Origin: Paracoccaceae bacterium
GTDB lineage: Bacteria; Pseudomonadota; Alphaproteobacteria; Rhodobacterales; Rhodobacteraceae
Length of the DNA: 64,000 nt
Direction: 5' to 3'
NCBI GenBank assembly: GCA_018223085.1
Contig: JAAEZB010000004.1
Span: 6,284 to 70,283 of the forward strand
Shown piece by piece: positions 27,738-37,625 of the stretch (position 1 is the stretch's first letter; every line of letters starts with the position of its first letter). The notes under the pieces were generated by a model. It saw only the letters and a list, made by a program, of their open reading frames with translations, was not told the DNA's origin and made no database searches. The position numbers and the translations under genes are program-made.

Positions 27738-28397
27738 ATGGATAGCGTAACTTCGACCAATACCGCTACGCCGCAGACGGCGCAGACTACAGCTACCGCG
27801 ACGAGCGAGGCATCGGACTATGAGACTTTTCTCAAGATGTTGACGGTGCAGATGCAGAATCAGGATCCGTTGAACCCGGTAGAATCATCAGATTTCGCAG
27901 CGCAACTTGCCAACTTTTCGAGCGTGGAACAGCAGGTTTTGACCAATGACCTGCTGACATCAATCGCAGCCCGGCTCGCGAACTCCGATTTTGCGGCACT
28001 GGCGGATTGGGTTGGCATGGAGGCGCGCAGCGCAAATGCGGCCTATTTCGATGGAGAGGCGATCACCGTGCCTGCCAAACCTGATCCTGCCGCAGACCGT
28101 AGTGAGCTTGTTGTGAAGGATGCAAACGGGTTGGAAATATATCGGTCCGCTGTGGATTCTTCTGTGAGTGAGGTGACGTGGTCCGGCCTGAACCAAAGTG
28201 GTGTGGAGGCACCTTCTGGCCTCTACTCCCTTCATCTTGAAGGTTTTTCTTCCGGTGAGAGCTTAGGCCTTACTTCTCTGGAAACTTATGGGCGCGTGCA
28301 GGAGGCGCGGATCGGAGACGATGGGCTAACCCTGATCCTAGCGGGCGGGCAAACTGTTTTGGCCGATGATGTGACCGCTCTTCGGGCCCCCAGTTAA
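27738..28397 (+). CDS. flgD: hook capping protein
   Basis: FLKMLTVQMQNQDPLNP...FAAQLANFSSVEQ. Confidence 0.96.
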   Translation: MDSVTSTNTATPQTAQTTATATSEASDYETFLKMLTVQMQNQDPLNPVESSDFAAQLANFSSVEQQVLTNDLLTSIAARLANSDFAALADWVGMEARSANAAYFDGEAITVPAKPDPAADRSELVVKDANGLEIYRSAVDSSVSEVTWSGLNQSGVEAPSGLYSLHLEGFSSGESLGLTSLETYGRVQEARIGDDGLTLILAGGQTVLADDVTALRAPS

Positions 28398-28417
28398 TCT
28401 ACGGCTTTTGTTCGGAG

Positions 28418-29743
28418 TCAGAGGTCGCTCAACCCATAAGCAAGGTAGGCAGGCCAAAGCGCCCAACGTCTCGAACGCCCACCGGGAAAGCGGCCGGGCG
28501 GTGATAGGATAGCTTTAGGGTGGCGTAGTGTCTGGCGGCCCAGAACCTGCTCGGCAAGCACAGCGCCACTATAGCTTGCCATCGCCACGCCATTTCCATG
28601 GTAGGCGAACCCGGCAAACATTCCGTCTTGTCCGGGCACGGGCCCGGCAAAGGGCGTTAGGCCCCGTGCAAAACAGACGAATCCAGACCAGTAATAGGGA
28701 GTTTCTACGCCGCGCCATGCCGGGAACATGCGTTCAAAGTCGCGCCGGATGAGGTGTCGGACGCCCTGATCGGCCTTGCTGCTTGTGCGCAAACCGCCCC
28801 GCATTCCGAACAGAAATCGTCCATCCGGCATCAGGCGGAAATAGTGCAACAGAGTCCGCGTATCATAGGACATCTGAAGCGATGTCCAGCCTTGGGCTTG
28901 GCGCTCTGCTTCGGTGAGCGGTCGGGTAACAATCACGCTCGATTGCGCAGGCATATAGCGCCCGGCCATCCAGTTGGGCACGCTCTCACGTCCATAGCCG
29001 TTTGTGGCGATGATGACTTTCTTTGCCTCGATGGTCCCTTGCGGTGTGGTGAGGCGAAACTGTCCTGCTTGACCGGAAATTTTTGATACGGGTGTCTGGC
29101 CGTATAGTGAGGCCCCGGCCTTTTGCGCTGCATCTGCAAGGCCAAGCGCATATTTTCGCGGATTAAGGGCAAACCCTAAGGGGATCGTCAGACCGCCGTG
29201 AAAAGAGCCACCCATACCTTGCGTTGTCAGATCGGCCTTTGACATGAGATCAGCGGATACCCCGTAAAGATCGGAAATTTCGCGGGCCTTCTTTTCCAGC
29301 GCGCGAAGATCTTTCTTGCGGTGAGCAAGAACGGTTTCCCCGTTTGAATGAGTATCAGCCTTGATTTCATGACGTGCCAGAAGATCATCCACGAGCGAGA
29401 TCGCATCGCGTTCGGTGAGGAAATACTCCCGTGCCTCGGTGGCTCCGAAACGACGGGTAAGGCTGGCGGAATCGGTATGGCTTCCGCCAAGACAGCAGAA
29501 CCCCCCATTGCGCCCGGATGCGCCCCATCCGGGTTGTTGTTCATCAAGAAGAACAACATTCTGGCCCGCCTCGGCAAGGTGCAGCGCGGCAGAGAGGCCA
29601 GTATAGCCGCCTCCGACGATGGCCACATCTGCGCTTAGGTCCCCGGCAAGTGGGGGGTAGGGCGCGGCGTTGATTGTTTCGTTCCAGAAACAGGTCTCTA
29701 CCGGCCCGTCGCCATAGGCGAAGTCATCGCAAATACGTGTCAT
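28418..29743 (-). CDS. FAD-dependent oxidoreductase, PuuB/DadA family (gamma-glutamylpolyamine oxidase-like)
   Basis: IVGGGYTG, GASGRNGG, YHGNGV; last gene of the pot operon. Confidence 0.85.
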   Translation of the reverse strand: MTRICDDFAYGDGPVETCFWNETINAAPYPPLAGDLSADVAIVGGGYTGLSAALHLAEAGQNVVLLDEQQPGWGASGRNGGFCCLGGSHTDSASLTRRFGATEAREYFLTERDAISLVDDLLARHEIKADTHSNGETVLAHRKKDLRALEKKAREISDLYGVSADLMSKADLTTQGMGGSFHGGLTIPLGFALNPRKYALGLADAAQKAGASLYGQTPVSKISGQAGQFRLTTPQGTIEAKKVIIATNGYGRESVPNWMAGRYMPAQSSVIVTRPLTEAERQAQGWTSLQMSYDTRTLLHYFRLMPDGRFLFGMRGGLRTSSKADQGVRHLIRRDFERMFPAWRGVETPYYWSGFVCFARGLTPFAGPVPGQDGMFAGFAYHGNGVAMASYSGAVLAEQVLGRQTLRHPKAILSPPGRFPGGRSRRWALWPAYLAYGLSDL

Positions 29744-30564
29744 CCGGCGGAAAGGCGTTCGGCCGCCCTCTCTTCACGTTGTTGCCGGGCGACGTTGCTC
29801 TTGGAGACAAGCGACGCGGTGATGACCCCAATGGTTACAATGCCGATCATGATTGTCGAAAGCGCGTTAATTTCCGGGCTTACCCCAAGGCGTACCGAGG
29901 ACCAGATTTTCATCGGTAGGGTTGTAGCCGAGGGACCGGAGGTAAAGGACGCAATGACAAGGTCATCAAGCGACAGAGTAAAAGCAAGGAGCCAGCCAGA
30001 GATCACGGCAGGCGCGATGATCGGCAGGGTCACAAGATGAAAGGCTTGAAGTGGTGAGCAACCAAGATCAAGAGCTGCTTCTTCCAGCGATTGGTCAAAG
30101 CTCACAAGGCGTGAGGAGACAACCACCGACACGTAACACATCGAAAAGGTCGTATGCGCGAGGACGATGGTCAGCACACCCCGATCCAGCCCGATCCCGA
30201 TAAACAGCAAGAGCAGGGACAGGCCAGTAATCACCTCGGGCATCACGAGCGGCGCATAGATCATGCCGGAAAACAGAGTTCGCCCAAGGAAACGCCCGCT
30301 CCGCACCATGACAATGGCCGCCATGGTCCCGAGAACCGTAGCAATTGAGGAACTGATAACGGCGACTTTGATCGTAACCCAGGCCGCATCAAGAAACGCC
30401 TCATTCCGAAGCAATTCGCCGTACCATTTGGTCGAAAATCCTGCCCAAACGGTCACGAGCTTCGATGCGTTGAAGCTATAGATGATCAGAATAATCATCG
30501 GCAGATAGAGGAAGGCGAAGCCAAGCGTAAGCGAGGTCGCGTTGAACCAGCTAAACCGTCTCAT
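29740..30564 (-). CDS. potI: putrescine ABC transporter permease
   Basis: PLVMPEVITGLSLLLLF, EEAALDLG, FTLSLDD. Confidence 0.92.
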   Translation of the reverse strand: MRRFSWFNATSLTLGFAFLYLPMIILIIYSFNASKLVTVWAGFSTKWYGELLRNEAFLDAAWVTIKVAVISSSIATVLGTMAAIVMVRSGRFLGRTLFSGMIYAPLVMPEVITGLSLLLLFIGIGLDRGVLTIVLAHTTFSMCYVSVVVSSRLVSFDQSLEEAALDLGCSPLQAFHLVTLPIIAPAVISGWLLAFTLSLDDLVIASFTSGPSATTLPMKIWSSVRLGVSPEINALSTIMIGIVTIGVITASLVSKSNVARQQREERAAERLSAG

Positions 30565-31451
30565 CCGTCGGCCTCCCTCTGTTTTTGCTCGTTGCGTTGG
30601 AACAGGATGATTGGGATCACGAGGATTAGAAGCAAGATCACCGCCACCGCCGAGGCCACGGGCCAGTCGCGGTTGGAGAAGAACTCTTCCCAGAGCACTT
30701 TACCGATCATCAGCGTTTTCGATCCGCCAAGAAGCGAGGGGATCACAAATTCGCCGATTGTCGGAATGAAGACGAGGAAACACCCTGCGATGATCCCCTG
30801 TTTCGAAAGTGGGATGGTCACCAACCAGAAAGCTGAAAAGCGCGAACAGCCAAGGTCTTCTGCCGCTTCAAGAAGGCTCGCGTCGAGCTTTTCAAGGGCG
30901 GAATAGATCGGCAGGATCATGAATGGCAGGTAGGTATAGACGATGCCGATATAGACGGCGGTGTTCGTGTTGAGGATGATGAGCGGCTCGGAGATAATCC
31001 CGAGCGACATCAAAATCTGGTTGAGATAGCCCTCTTGGCTCAGAATACCCATCCACGAATAGACGCGGATCAGGAACGAGGTCCAGAACGGCAAGATGAC
31101 AAGCATCAGAAGCGTAGGCCGCCATTCATCGGGGGCTTTGGCCATGCCATAGGCGATCGGATAGCCAACCAGAAGGGTAAAAAAGGTCGAAATCGCCGCG
31201 ATCTTGAGGCTTGATAGGTAGGCCTTCCAATAGAGGTCATCCTCGGTCAGGAAGACGAAATTCTCAAAATCGAGCCCGGCAAAGAAGTCCTTGAGCCCCG
31301 CCCAACCGGCGGAAAGATCAAGCGTTGGCACATAGGGCGGAATGGCAAGCCATGCATCCGACAGCGCGATCTTCAACACGATGATGAAGGGCACGAGGAA
31401 CAGCGCCAAAAGCCATATATAGGGAACCGCGATCAGGAAAAGGCGGCGCAT
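30561..31451 (-). CDS. potH: putrescine ABC transporter permease
   Basis: LPFWTSFLIRVY, EAAEDLG, EFFSNRDWPVASA. Confidence 0.92.
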   Translation of the reverse strand: MRRLFLIAVPYIWLLALFLVPFIIVLKIALSDAWLAIPPYVPTLDLSAGWAGLKDFFAGLDFENFVFLTEDDLYWKAYLSSLKIAAISTFFTLLVGYPIAYGMAKAPDEWRPTLLMLVILPFWTSFLIRVYSWMGILSQEGYLNQILMSLGIISEPLIILNTNTAVYIGIVYTYLPFMILPIYSALEKLDASLLEAAEDLGCSRFSAFWLVTIPLSKQGIIAGCFLVFIPTIGEFVIPSLLGGSKTLMIGKVLWEEFFSNRDWPVASAVAVILLLILVIPIILFQRNEQKQREADG

Positions 31452-31452
31452 A

Positions 31453-32577
31453 TCAGTTCTCCAGCAAGACACCGGCGGTGTCTGTCCAGCTTACCCAAAC
31501 CTTATCTTCCCAGGTAAAGCCTCGGCGCGAGATGCGGCGGTTGTTGGCGGTCTGGGCCTTGATGATCTGTCCGTTGGGAAGTTCAACGTGATAGGTTGAG
31601 AGATTGCCAAGATAGGCGATGTCGAGAACTTTGCCCCGGAACGCGACGGGGTTCGTAGGTTTGTCGTGGGTGATCGAAACCTTCTCGGGGCGAATGGCGA
31701 AATGGATGGTCTGGCCTTTGTCGAACGATGTCTGCGGCGTGCCGATGATATCCGGCTGTCCTTCGGCCCATGAGATCGAGAGTTTGTCGCCCTCTTTCTC
31801 GCCAGCCTTGCCTTCGATGAGGTTCACATCGCCGATGAAATCCGCGACGTAGGTCGAATTCGGGGTCTCGTAGATTTCCGCAGGGGTTGCGACCTGCACG
31901 ATTTTACCGTGGTCCATGACGGCCACACGGCTGGCGACGGTCATCGCCTCTTCTTGGTCGTGGGTCACGATGACAAAGGTTGTCCCGGTCTTTTCCTGAA
32001 TATCCATAAGCTCAAACTGCGTTTCTTGACGCAGTTTCTTGTCAAGCGCGCCAAGGGGTTCGTCGAGCAGCAGGAGCTTGGGGGCTTTGGCAAGCGAACG
32101 GGCGAGGGCGACGCGCTGGCGCTGACCGCCAGAAATCTGGTGCGGTTTGCGGCGCGCGAATTTCTCAAGCCGTGTCAGGCGGAGCATTTCGTCCACGCGC
32201 GCGGCCATCTCGTCCTTGGGCATCCCATCCCGGCGTAGACCAAAGGCGATGTTTTCCCAGACCGAAAGATGCGGGAAGAGCGCGTAGGATTGGAACATCA
32301 TGTTCACGGCGCGTTTGTTGGGCGGCACGGGGGCCATGTCCTGTCCCGAAAGCAGGATATTGCCCTCGGTTGGTGTTTCGAAACCGGCAAGCATTCGCAT
32401 CATCGTCGTCTTGCCACAGCCCGATGGGCCAAGAAGAGCAAAGAACTCACGTTCGTAAATGTCGATGGTGAGGTCGTCGATCGCAATGAAATCGCCGAAC
32501 CGCTTGGTGACGTTCTTGAACTGGATGATTGGCTTTGCATCCGGATCGAGCCATGGGGCGAAAACGTCCTGAGGCAT
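31453..32577 (-). CDS. potG: putrescine ABC transporter ATP-binding protein
   Basis: GPSGCGKT, ISGGQRQR, LLLDEP, TOBE-like C-terminus. Confidence 0.93.
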   Translation of the reverse strand: MPQDVFAPWLDPDAKPIIQFKNVTKRFGDFIAIDDLTIDIYEREFFALLGPSGCGKTTMMRMLAGFETPTEGNILLSGQDMAPVPPNKRAVNMMFQSYALFPHLSVWENIAFGLRRDGMPKDEMAARVDEMLRLTRLEKFARRKPHQISGGQRQRVALARSLAKAPKLLLLDEPLGALDKKLRQETQFELMDIQEKTGTTFVIVTHDQEEAMTVASRVAVMDHGKIVQVATPAEIYETPNSTYVADFIGDVNLIEGKAGEKEGDKLSISWAEGQPDIIGTPQTSFDKGQTIHFAIRPEKVSITHDKPTNPVAFRGKVLDIAYLGNLSTYHVELPNGQIIKAQTANNRRISRRGFTWEDKVWVSWTDTAGVLLEN

Positions 32578-32600
32578 GTGGCCCACTCCCGTAATAAAAC

Positions 32601-32628
32601 GACCCGCGCGTTACATAACGCGCGGGTC
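32601..32628 (-). terminator. hairpin with U-rich tail after potF (intra-operon attenuator or stabiliser)
   Basis: GACCCGCGCGTTA-ca-TAACGCGCGGGTC followed by GTTTTATT on the minus strand. Confidence 0.75.
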
Positions 32629-32644
32629 AGGTTGTTAAATCAGA

Positions 32645-33730
32645 TCAGGTGCCGGACTTGATCTTGGTCCACATGCGGGTGGCTTTACGCTGAACCTTCG
32701 GCGGGTAACCGTCCTTGGTATAAAGGTTCTTGACGGTTTCCTCGCTCGGGTAGATCGACGGATCGCCGATCACGTCCTCTTCGAGGAATTCCTGCGACGC
32801 AAGGTTGCCGTTGGCGTAGTAGACATAGTTCGACGCGGCCGCCATGTTCTGAGCGTCCATGATGAAGTTCAGGAACTTGTGCGCGCCGTCCGGGTTCGGT
32901 GCGTCAACCGGAATGGCCATCTGGTCAAACCACATCAGTGCGCCTTCCTTCGGGGCATAATAGGCGATCTCGACGCCGTTTTCGGCCTCGTCCGCACGGT
33001 CACGTGCCTGAAGGATGTCACCGGACCAACCGAAGGCTACGCAAATATCGCCATTGGCCAGACCATTGATGTATTCCGAGCTGTGGAACTTCTGAATATA
33101 GGGACGTACGGCCGCCAGCACCGGTTCGGCTTTGGCGACGACGTCGGCATCCATGCTGTTCGGGTCTTCACCAATAAATTTGAGGGCCGCCGGGATCATC
33201 TCGTCCGGGGCATCAAGGAAATGCACACCACAGGCGGCCAGCTTTTCCATGTTGGCCGGGTCGAACACCAGCGCCAGAGAATCCATCGGAGCGTCTTCGC
33301 CCAGGACTTCCTGAACCTTGCCGACGTTCACGCCGATGCCGGTGGTGCCCCACATATAGTTGATCGAGTATGCGTTATCCGGATCGTAGTTTGCGGTACG
33401 TTCCTTGATCGAGCCCCACATGTTGGCTTCGTTCGGGAGCTTCGCAAGGTCGAGCTTCTGGAAGGCGCCAGCTGTGATCTGGCGGGCAAGGAACGAGCCA
33501 GTTGGCACTACGACGTCATAGCCGGACCCGCCAGCAAGCATCTTGGTTTCGAGAACTTCGTTGGAGTCGAACACGTCATAGATCAGGTCGATGCCGGTCT
33601 CTTCTTCGAACTTCGCAAGAAGCTCTTCGTCGATATAGTCGGACCAGTTGTAGACGCGCACTTCCTCGGCGTTGGCGGCCATCGCGCCAAGGGCCACGGT
33701 GGCGGTCAATGTCAGAAGGGTGTGTTTCAT
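32645..33730 (-). CDS. potF: putrescine-binding periplasmic protein
   Basis: Signal peptide; YNWSDYI, FDSNEVLE, YMWGTTGIG, GWSGD, PKEGALMWFD. Confidence 0.94.
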   Translation of the reverse strand: MKHTLLTLTATVALGAMAANAEEVRVYNWSDYIDEELLAKFEEETGIDLIYDVFDSNEVLETKMLAGGSGYDVVVPTGSFLARQITAGAFQKLDLAKLPNEANMWGSIKERTANYDPDNAYSINYMWGTTGIGVNVGKVQEVLGEDAPMDSLALVFDPANMEKLAACGVHFLDAPDEMIPAALKFIGEDPNSMDADVVAKAEPVLAAVRPYIQKFHSSEYINGLANGDICVAFGWSGDILQARDRADEAENGVEIAYYAPKEGALMWFDQMAIPVDAPNPDGAHKFLNFIMDAQNMAAASNYVYYANGNLASQEFLEEDVIGDPSIYPSEETVKNLYTKDGYPPKVQRKATRMWTKIKSGT

Positions 33731-33782
33731 TTTTGTCTCCCGTTGGATTGTCGGACCTGCGCCCGACCGAAAATCACGAGAA

Positions 33783-33800
33783 AATTTTTGATCAAGTTTG
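33783..33800. promoter_or_regulatory. candidate GntR operator (TTTGATCAA core)
   Basis: AATTTTTGATCAAGTTTG between potF and the GntR gene; a similar site lies near 34600. Confidence 0.55.
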
Positions 33801-33880
33801 GGGCATATGGCAACATCGGATTATTCAATAGCCGCGGAAAAATGCGCAAAGACACGGCGAGACTAGGGAGATTTGCACAA

Positions 33881-34600
33881 ATGACAGGCACCAGAGGCCA
33901 GAGGCAGGTTGAGGCCTATCGTGATGATATTCCACAACGTATTCCCGTTCATCAGCAGGTATATGAAGACCTGCGCACGCGTATTCTTTTTGGAGAACTG
34001 GCTCCGGGGCAACCTGTGACGATTCAGGGGCTTGTTGAGACGCTTGGTGCAGGAATGACCCCTGTTCGGGAGGCGATTCGCCGTCTGACGTCCGAGGGGG
34101 CGCTGGAATTTCAGGGGAATCGCCGTGTGTCCGTGCCGACTCCGGATGCGGATTGTATCGAAGAATTGATCTTTGCCCGTCAGGCGCTTGAGCCGGAACT
34201 TGCGCTCAGAGCGACAAAAAAGGCGAGCGCAGAGGATATTGATGCGTTGGAAGAGATTGATACGGCATTGGATGTCGCCATCGCGCGTGGGGATGTGGGT
34301 GCCTATTTGCATCTGAATTACGCATTCCATTCAAAGCTCTATGCTATTGCCGAAGCACCAATTCTCACGGCGATTGTGGATAGGTTGTGGCTGCGTTTCG
34401 GTCCGTCCCTGCGCGTGGTGTGTGGACGTATGGGAACGCAGAACCTTCCGGATAAACACAAGGAAACCTTGACTGCCTTGCGGGCAAAGGACGGCAGAGC
34501 TGCGGCCATAGCCATTCGCGACGACGTCGTTCAGGGGATGGAACAGGTCCGCGAGGTGCTCGAAGCCAATACTCTTTCCAGCGAGATGATTGACACGTAA
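33881..34600 (+). CDS. GntR-family (FCD) transcriptional regulator
   Basis: VYEDLRTRILFGELAPG...GMTPVREAIRRLTSEG wHTH; NYAFH FCD motif; ATG 33881 follows GGGAG. Confidence 0.93.
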   Translation: MTGTRGQRQVEAYRDDIPQRIPVHQQVYEDLRTRILFGELAPGQPVTIQGLVETLGAGMTPVREAIRRLTSEGALEFQGNRRVSVPTPDADCIEELIFARQALEPELALRATKKASAEDIDALEEIDTALDVAIARGDVGAYLHLNYAFHSKLYAIAEAPILTAIVDRLWLRFGPSLRVVCGRMGTQNLPDKHKETLTALRAKDGRAAAIAIRDDVVQGMEQVREVLEANTLSSEMIDT

Positions 34601-34617
34601 AAATTTGATCATATTCT
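34590..34617 (+). promoter_or_regulatory. sigma70 promoter with an embedded candidate operator upstream of the aminotransferase
   Basis: TTGACA (34590) -16 nt- TATTCT; AAATTTGATCATATT overlaps the spacer and the -10. Confidence 0.65.
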
Positions 34618-34674
34618 GCCAGTAGCTTTGCCGATGTCGCGTATCGGCTCTTTCCTTTCTCAAGAGGCACGCTC

Positions 34675-36063
34675 ATGGATATGATCTCCAATCACATGCC
34701 GACATCGGAGCTTCAGGCTCTGGATGCGGCGCACCACGTTCATCCGTTTTCCGCACAGGGAGAGCTTGCCGAAAAGGGCGCGCGGGTCATTACCCGGGCC
34801 AAGGGCGTGACGCTCTTTGATTCCGAAGGCGAAGAGATTCTTGACGCTATGGCAGGTCTTTGGTGCGTCAATATCGGCTATGGTCGGGATGAACTGGCCG
34901 AGGTTGCGGCGCGTCAGATGCGCGAACTGCCCTATTACAACACGTTCTTCCAGACCACGCATGTGCCAGTCATTGCGCTGTCGGCCAAATTGGCCGAGCT
35001 TGCGCCGGGTGACCTCAACCATGTGTTCTACGGTAGCTCCGGTTCCGAGGCGAATGACACCAACCTGCGCCTTGTGCGGACATATTGGGCCGAGAAGGGC
35101 AAACCCGAGAAGAAAGTCGTTATCAGCCGCAAGAATGCTTACCATGGCTCGACCGTGGCTTCGGCAAGCCTTGGCGGGATGAGTGGGATGCATGCTCAAG
35201 GCGGCCTGCCGATCCCCGACATTCACCACATTGAACAGCCCGATTGGTACGCCGAAGGCGGCGATATGAGCCCGGAAGACTTCGGTCTCGCCCGCGCACG
35301 TCAGCTTGAAGAGGCGATTATCGAGTTGGGCGAAGACCGCGTCGCGGCCTTTATTGCCGAACCCATACAGGGGGCCGGAGGGGTCATTGTCGCGCCGGAT
35401 AGCTACTGGCCGGAAATTCAGCGGATTTGTGACAAGTATGAAATCCTGCTGATCGCGGACGAGGTGATCTGCGGGTTTGGGCGCACGGGCCAGTGGTTTG
35501 GTTCGCAAACCCTTGGTATTCGCCCCGACATCATGACCATCGCCAAGGGCCTGAGCTCGGGCTATGTGCCGATCGCCGCGTCTATCCTTTCTGACGAAGT
35601 CGCTGCGGTCATTGGTGCCACCGAGTTCAATCATGGATATACCTATTCTGGCCATCCGGTTGCCGCCGCTGTCGCGCTCGAAAATCTGCGCATTCTCGAA
35701 GAAGAGAACATTATCGACACCGTGCGCGACGAGACGGGCCCTTATCTCAAGGAGAAATGGGAGGCTTTGGCCAATCATCCGCTTGTGGGCGAGGCCAAGA
35801 TTGTCGGGATGATGGGGTCGATTGCCCTGACACCGGACAAGGCAACCCGCGCGCCGTTCCGGGCTCCGGCTGGCACCGTTGGTTTCAAATGTCGCGAGCA
35901 CTGTTTTGCCAATAACTTGATCATGCGCCACGTGGGGGATCGGATGGTGATTTCGCCTCCGCTTATCATCAGAAAATCCGAAATCGACACTCTGATTGAG
36001 CGTGCCATTCGGGCGCTGGACCTGACTTATGCACAGCTTCGGGATGAAGGTTTGTACGCCTGA
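34675..36063 (+). CDS. class III aminotransferase (SpuC-like putrescine:pyruvate transaminase)
   Basis: DAMAGLWCVNIGYG, AYHGST, DEVICGFGRTG, TIAKGLSSGY, HGYTYSGHP. Confidence 0.93.
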   Translation: MDMISNHMPTSELQALDAAHHVHPFSAQGELAEKGARVITRAKGVTLFDSEGEEILDAMAGLWCVNIGYGRDELAEVAARQMRELPYYNTFFQTTHVPVIALSAKLAELAPGDLNHVFYGSSGSEANDTNLRLVRTYWAEKGKPEKKVVISRKNAYHGSTVASASLGGMSGMHAQGGLPIPDIHHIEQPDWYAEGGDMSPEDFGLARARQLEEAIIELGEDRVAAFIAEPIQGAGGVIVAPDSYWPEIQRICDKYEILLIADEVICGFGRTGQWFGSQTLGIRPDIMTIAKGLSSGYVPIAASILSDEVAAVIGATEFNHGYTYSGHPVAAAVALENLRILEEENIIDTVRDETGPYLKEKWEALANHPLVGEAKIVGMMGSIALTPDKATRAPFRAPAGTVGFKCREHCFANNLIMRHVGDRMVISPPLIIRKSEIDTLIERAIRALDLTYAQLRDEGLYA

Positions 36064-36087
36064 TCCATCCTGCGATGATGTGAAATG

Positions 36088-36111
36088 CGCCCGGCGCCTT
36101 AGGTGCCGGGC
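36088..36111 (+). terminator. GC-rich hairpin after the aminotransferase
   Basis: CGCCCGGCGCC-tta-GGTGCCGGGCG. Confidence 0.55.
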
Positions 36112-36446
36112 GATGAATTTTTCCCCAGTTCGTGTCTTTGCCGCCTGTCACTTGGGCGCTGTTTAGAGTCTGTGGCAAAAGATCCGCAACCACTGGTTGA
36201 TTGGGCGCGAGCTAGATGGTGCTGCGCCCGATTTCAGCTGGTCGGTTTGGCGATTCCGTTCGGCGTAGACTGACGAAATCTGTCGAAAAACGTGCAAAAG
36301 CAGTCGTAAAACGGGTCATCCGCCCCCTAAGAGGCCCCCTAGGCTCGTGTTCTGTATCGGGTGTTGCACTTACCTAAGAGGGTGTGCTTACATTTCACGC
36401 AGAGCGCAGAGACAATCTGCCACATAAACAACACAGGGAGCCAGTT

Positions 36447-37550
36447 TTGGCCAATTCTGCATCGACCGACGCTTTCGTTGAATTCGAGCGCGTCCAGAAA
36501 AGCTATGATGGCGAAACGCTCGTCGTAAAAGATCTCAACCTCCAAATGCCTCAAGGCGAGTTTCTGACGATGCTCGGGCCGTCCGGTTCTGGTAAGACGA
36601 CGTGCCTTATGATGCTTGCTGGTTTCGAGACTGCGACACATGGCGATATCCGCCTCGACGGTGTTTCGATCAACAACATTCCGCCGCACAAGCGCGGTAT
36701 TGGTATGGTGTTCCAGAACTACGCGCTCTTCCCGCACATGACGATCGCCGAGAACCTCAGCTTCCCACTTGAGGTTCGAAAAATGGGCAAGTCGGACCGC
36801 GAGGCCAAAATCAAACGCGCCCTCGACATGGTCGAGATGGGCGATTTCGGTGGTCGTCGACCGTCACAGCTTTCGGGCGGTCAGCAGCAACGTGTTGCTC
36901 TGGCCCGCGCGCTGGTGTTTGAGCCGGAACTGGTCCTCATGGACGAACCACTAGGCGCGCTCGACAAACAACTCCGCGAGAAGATGCAGTTTGAAATCAC
37001 GCATCTTGCGCATAGCCTCGGGATTACGACGGTTTACGTGACCCACGACCAGACAGAAGCGCTGACCATGTCGGACCGTGTCGCCGTGTTCGACGATGGC
37101 CGCATCCAACAGCTTGCGCCGCCGGATCAGCTTTACGAAGCCCCGGTCAACAGCTTCGTGGCGCAGTTCATCGGTGAAAACAACACGCTCGAAGGTACCG
37201 TCAAAGAGATCAAAGCTGGCCGCGCGCTGGTTCAGCTCGACGATGGTGGCCTGATCGACTGTACGCCGGTTCATGATTCCGTTCAGGCCGGGGCGCGCAC
37301 CCGAGTGTCGATCCGCCCGGAACGTGTCGAATATAATAAAGACCGCCTCCAGGAAGGGGCGCATACGCTCAAGGCAGAAGTTCTTGAGTTCATCTATATG
37401 GGGGATATCTTCCGGACCCGCCTTCGTGTTGCGGGCAATGAAGAGTTCATCATCAAGACCCGGAACGCGCCAGATCAGGTGCGCCTGAAGCCGGGCGAGC
37501 AGATCGAAATCGGCTGGTTGCCGGAAGATTGCCGCGCGCTGGATGCCTAA
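36447..37550 (+). CDS. polyamine-type ABC transporter ATP-binding protein (PotA-like)
   Basis: GPSGSGKT, LSGGQQQR, MDEPLGALD; TTG start follows GGGAG. Confidence 0.92.
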   Translation: MANSASTDAFVEFERVQKSYDGETLVVKDLNLQMPQGEFLTMLGPSGSGKTTCLMMLAGFETATHGDIRLDGVSINNIPPHKRGIGMVFQNYALFPHMTIAENLSFPLEVRKMGKSDREAKIKRALDMVEMGDFGGRRPSQLSGGQQQRVALARALVFEPELVLMDEPLGALDKQLREKMQFEITHLAHSLGITTVYVTHDQTEALTMSDRVAVFDDGRIQQLAPPDQLYEAPVNSFVAQFIGENNTLEGTVKEIKAGRALVQLDDGGLIDCTPVHDSVQAGARTRVSIRPERVEYNKDRLQEGAHTLKAEVLEFIYMGDIFRTRLRVAGNEEFIIKTRNAPDQVRLKPGEQIEIGWLPEDCRALDA

Positions 37551-37625
37551 TTCGGCGCGCTGTTGCATCTCTCGGTAAAGCCGGGGGGCGCTACTAAGAC
37601 TAAAAGTTCAACAAGGAGAGAAAAT

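Noticed and set aside
33785-33800. FNR box
   Set aside because: FNR needs TTGAT-N4-ATCAA; here the half-sites overlap with no spacer
32879-33880. Apparent 334-aa N-terminal extension of the GntR regulator
   Set aside because: It is largely the antisense shadow of potF; the real start is ATG 33881 with an RBS
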